Source: Thermoplasmatota archaeon | GTDB taxonomy: Archaea > Thermoplasmatota > E2 > DHVEG-1 > B18-G2 | Length of the DNA: 59,936 nt | Direction: 5' to 3' | NCBI GenBank assembly: GCA_029259115.1 | Contig: JAPDJO010000034.1 | Span: forward strand, 1-59,936 | Part shown: positions 57,072-59,936 of the stretch, piece after piece | How positions within the stretch are numbered: the stretch's first letter is position 1 | Layout of the letters: every line of letters begins with the position of its first letter | Made by a program: the position numbers and the translations under genes | Notes under the pieces: generated by a model | Told to the model about the DNA's origin: nothing | The model's input: only the letters and a program-made list of their open reading frames with translations | Databases searched by the model: none

Positions 57072-59936
57072 ATGGGTAATATTGCAAATTATCAACCAGC
57101 GAAACTAGAGAAAGAGATTATAGACTTCTGGGAAAAGAACGACATATTCAGGAAATCTGTAGAGAAGAGAAAAGGATCAAAACCTTTCGTCTTTCTTGAA
57201 GGTCCCCCCACAGCAAATGGTACACCTCACCCTGGTCATGTACTTACTAGAATAATGAAGGATGTTGTTTTGAGATATTACACAATGAAGGGATTTTATG
57301 TCCCGAGAAGAGCGGGATGGGATACACACGGCTTACCTGTTGAAATCGAGGTCGAAAAGAAACTCGGATTGAAAACAAAGCAAGACATAGAAAAGTATGG
57401 AATAGAAAAGTTCAACCAGGAGTGTAGGAAGAGCACATTCCAATACGAAGATGAATGGATAGAGATGACCAGAAGAGTAGGATTCTGGATAGATATGGAT
57501 AACCCATACATTACTCTCGAAAACGACTATATAGAATCGGTATGGTGGTCTCTGAAACAGCTCTGGGAAAAGGGGTATCTCTACAAAGGTTACAAGGTTG
57601 TTCCGTATTGTCCTAGATGCGGTACCGCTTTGTCAGCTCATGAAGTTGCTCAGGGGTATAAAAGTATAACAGAGCCATCTATCTTTGTTAAGTTCAAGCT
57701 CAAAGATGAAGATTCTTACTTTTTGGCATGGACAACCACACCATGGACATTGCTTTCGAATGTTGCTCTCGCTGTTCATCCTGATGAACCTTACCTCAAA
57801 ATCAAATATAGAGGCGAAATCCTGATACTGGCTGAAGAAAGAGTGGCTAGGTTGTTCAAGGGAGAGGAATATGAGATTCTCGATAGATTTATGGGGAAAG
57901 AGCTGGAGGGAAAGGAGTACGAACCCCTATTTACATACGAAAAGCCAGAGAAGAAAGCGTGGTATGTGATATGTGCCGATTTCGTTACAATGGACGAGGG
58001 TACTGGTATAGTCCACATAGCTCCAGCATTTGGAGAAGAAGATTATGAAGCAGGCAGGGAATATGATCTTCCTGTGATTCAGCTTGTAAAGAAGGATGGA
58101 ACGTTTGATGAAAAGGTGGAGCCATGGAAGGGCATGTTCGTCAAAGATGCAGACCCCCTGATTGTAAAACATCTAGAGGAGAGAGGTCTTATCTTTGCGG
58201 TCCAGGATTATACTCACGATTATCCATTCTGCTGGCGCTGTGATACGCCTTTGCTTTACTATGCGATGGAGTCATGGTTTATAGCCGTATCAAAGTTCAG
58301 GAAACAACTTGTGGAGAATAACGAAACAGTAGAATGGTATCCAGACCACATAAAACATGGGAGATTTGGAGATTTCATATCCGAAGCAAAGGATTGGGCT
58401 CTTTCAAGAAACAGATACTGGGGGACACCTTTGCCGATATGGAGATGCAAAAAATGTGGAAATGAAATATGCGTTGGCAGCGTGGAAGAACTGAAAAAAT
58501 TGTCCAAAGAATTTCCGGAGAAATATGACCTCCACAAGCCTTTCGTTGATGATCTTGAAGTTATGTGTCCAAACTGTAATTCCAGAATGGAAAGAGAGCC
58601 ATATGTTATAGATTGCTGGTATGACTCTGGGTCAGCATTCTTTGCGCAGTGGCATTATCCTTTTGAAAATCAGGAGGAGTTTGAAGAAAACTTTCCAGTA
58701 GATTTTATATGCGAGGCTTTAGATCAAACGAGGGGATGGTTTTACTCTCTGATGACTATCTCTACTTTACTTTTCAACCGCGCACCTTACAGGAGAGTTC
58801 TCACGCTTGGTCTGGTCCTCGACAAGGAAGGACAGAAGATGAGCAAGAGCAAGAAGAACTATCTTGATCCAAACTACATCTTCGACAGAGAGGGAGCGGA
58901 TGCAATGAGATGGTATTTCCTTTCAACGAATGCTCCATGGATGCCCATAAGGTTTTATGAAGATGCGATAAAAGAGACACTTGGAAAATTCATTCTTACA
59001 TTCTGGAACTCTTACAGATTCTACAAATCTTACTCTTCACTGGATAAATTTGACCCGACGAGAGGTTACATCCCTATAGATAGAAGAAGAGAGATAGACA
59101 GGTGGATTATCAGCAGATTACAAAAACTGATCATGGAAGTAACAGAAAATGTGGAAAATTTCAATATCCACAAGGCGACGAGAGCAATAGAAGAATTCGT
59201 CATAGAAGACCTCAGTAACTGGTACATAAGAAGGTCAAGAAAAAGGTTGTGGGTGGAAGAGGAAAATGAGGATAAATTATCATGCTACTCCACACTGTAT
59301 GATGTGTTTCTGGCTCTTTCCAAACTATCTGCTCCATTCATACCATTTCTGGCAGAGGTGATATACCAAGGTATAAGGCACGACGATATGGAGGAAAGCG
59401 TACACCTCTGTGACTATCCAGAGGTTAATAGCTCCCTTATAGACGAGGATATGGAGAAAGCAATGGATGTGGTGAGAGAGATAGCCGATATGGGCAGAGC
59501 AATAAGGAGCAGGGCGGGAGTAAAGATCAGATATCCCCTTGGCAGAGCTATCGTGGTGTGTGATGAAAATGTGGAGAAAAAGATATCGCCACTGATGGGT
59601 TTGGTGAAGGAGGAGATAAATGTAAAGTCCGTTGAGTTTTCCAGAGATACTACGGAATACTCGAAAGAAATAGAAAAGGGAGATTACCTTATCGAGGAAA
59701 GCGAGAAAATAAAACTGATAATGGATGTTAGATTGACACCCGAACTCTTTGCTGAGGGCTTTTCCAGAGAGATCGTCAGGAGAATTCAGTCGATGAGGAA
59801 GGAGCTCAACCTCGATATAGAGGACAGGATAAACACCCAAATTGCAGTGGACGAGGAAAAGATAGAACCTCTCAGTAAATGGCTGGACTATATACGTGGA
59901 GAAACCAGATCAGAGAACATAGATTTCACTGACCAG
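57072..59936 (+). CDS. ileS: Isoleucine--tRNA ligase; runs off the window end
   Basis: EGPPTANGTPHPGH, GWDTHGLP, WTTTPWT, DQTRGWFY, KMSKS. Missing from the ORF track because there is no stop in the window. Confidence 0.96.
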   Translation, partial: MGNIANYQPAKLEKEIIDFWEKNDIFRKSVEKRKGSKPFVFLEGPPTANGTPHPGHVLTRIMKDVVLRYYTMKGFYVPRRAGWDTHGLPVEIEVEKKLGLKTKQDIEKYGIEKFNQECRKSTFQYEDEWIEMTRRVGFWIDMDNPYITLENDYIESVWWSLKQLWEKGYLYKGYKVVPYCPRCGTALSAHEVAQGYKSITEPSIFVKFKLKDEDSYFLAWTTTPWTLLSNVALAVHPDEPYLKIKYRGEILILAEERVARLFKGEEYEILDRFMGKELEGKEYEPLFTYEKPEKKAWYVICADFVTMDEGTGIVHIAPAFGEEDYEAGREYDLPVIQLVKKDGTFDEKVEPWKGMFVKDADPLIVKHLEERGLIFAVQDYTHDYPFCWRCDTPLLYYAMESWFIAVSKFRKQLVENNETVEWYPDHIKHGRFGDFISEAKDWALSRNRYWGTPLPIWRCKKCGNEICVGSVEELKKLSKEFPEKYDLHKPFVDDLEVMCPNCNSRMEREPYVIDCWYDSGSAFFAQWHYPFENQEEFEENFPVDFICEALDQTRGWFYSLMTISTLLFNRAPYRRVLTLGLVLDKEGQKMSKSKKNYLDPNYIFDREGADAMRWYFLSTNAPWMPIRFYEDAIKETLGKFILTFWNSYRFYKSYSSLDKFDPTRGYIPIDRRREIDRWIISRLQKLIMEVTENVENFNIHKATRAIEEFVIEDLSNWYIRRSRKRLWVEEENEDKLSCYSTLYDVFLALSKLSAPFIPFLAEVIYQGIRHDDMEESVHLCDYPEVNSSLIDEDMEKAMDVVREIADMGRAIRSRAGVKIRYPLGRAIVVCDENVEKKISPLMGLVKEEINVKSVEFSRDTTEYSKEIEKGDYLIEESEKIKLIMDVRLTPELFAEGFSREIVRRIQSMRKELNLDIEDRINTQIAVDEEKIEPLSKWLDYIRGETRSENIDFTDQ

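Noticed and set aside
553-59840. Numerous short antisense or alternate-frame ORFs in the track (e.g. 12331-12915, 22692-23216, 59325-59840)
   Set aside because: They are shadows of well-supported genes, with S/L/F/I-rich translations and no recognisable motifs.
1-59936. CRISPR array, cas genes, transposases, integrases, rRNA
   Set aside because: No regularly spaced repeats or recognisable motifs were seen.

Overview
An archaeal chromosome segment. DUF6015, UPF0058, archaeal DnaG, aIF5B, L7Ae/S28e/L24e and the style of the secreted proteins suggest Thermoplasmatota, possibly an MBG-D-like lineage (inference). Most of it is housekeeping: a Pst phosphate operon with a divergent AbrB-PhoU regulator, nadE, purC, metG, dnaG, thi4, paaK, infB, apgM, a complete A1Ao ATP synthase operon, ndk, two tRNA-Pro genes, fhs, r-proteins, a LarA homologue, pcm, gpgS and a truncated ileS. 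Accessory parts are a decayed islet with an MNT-HEPN toxin-antitoxin pair next to tRNA-Pro(TGG), and several secreted Ig/PKD/beta-helix proteins including a 2160-aa subtilase. The strongest signals missing from the ORF track are: a complete-looking H/ACA guide sRNA predicted to target the 23S U2580 equivalent; a 108-nt wobble-supported hairpin forming the dnaG leader; an extra 48-aa membrane ORF and a probable CUG start in the ATP synthase operon; a three-cassette Cys-rich secreted protein; a shared distal Ig-like domain on three secreted proteins that may be a sorting module; and a LarA homologue lacking the cofactor-tethering Lys. All calls come from motif recognition by eye; no searches were run.
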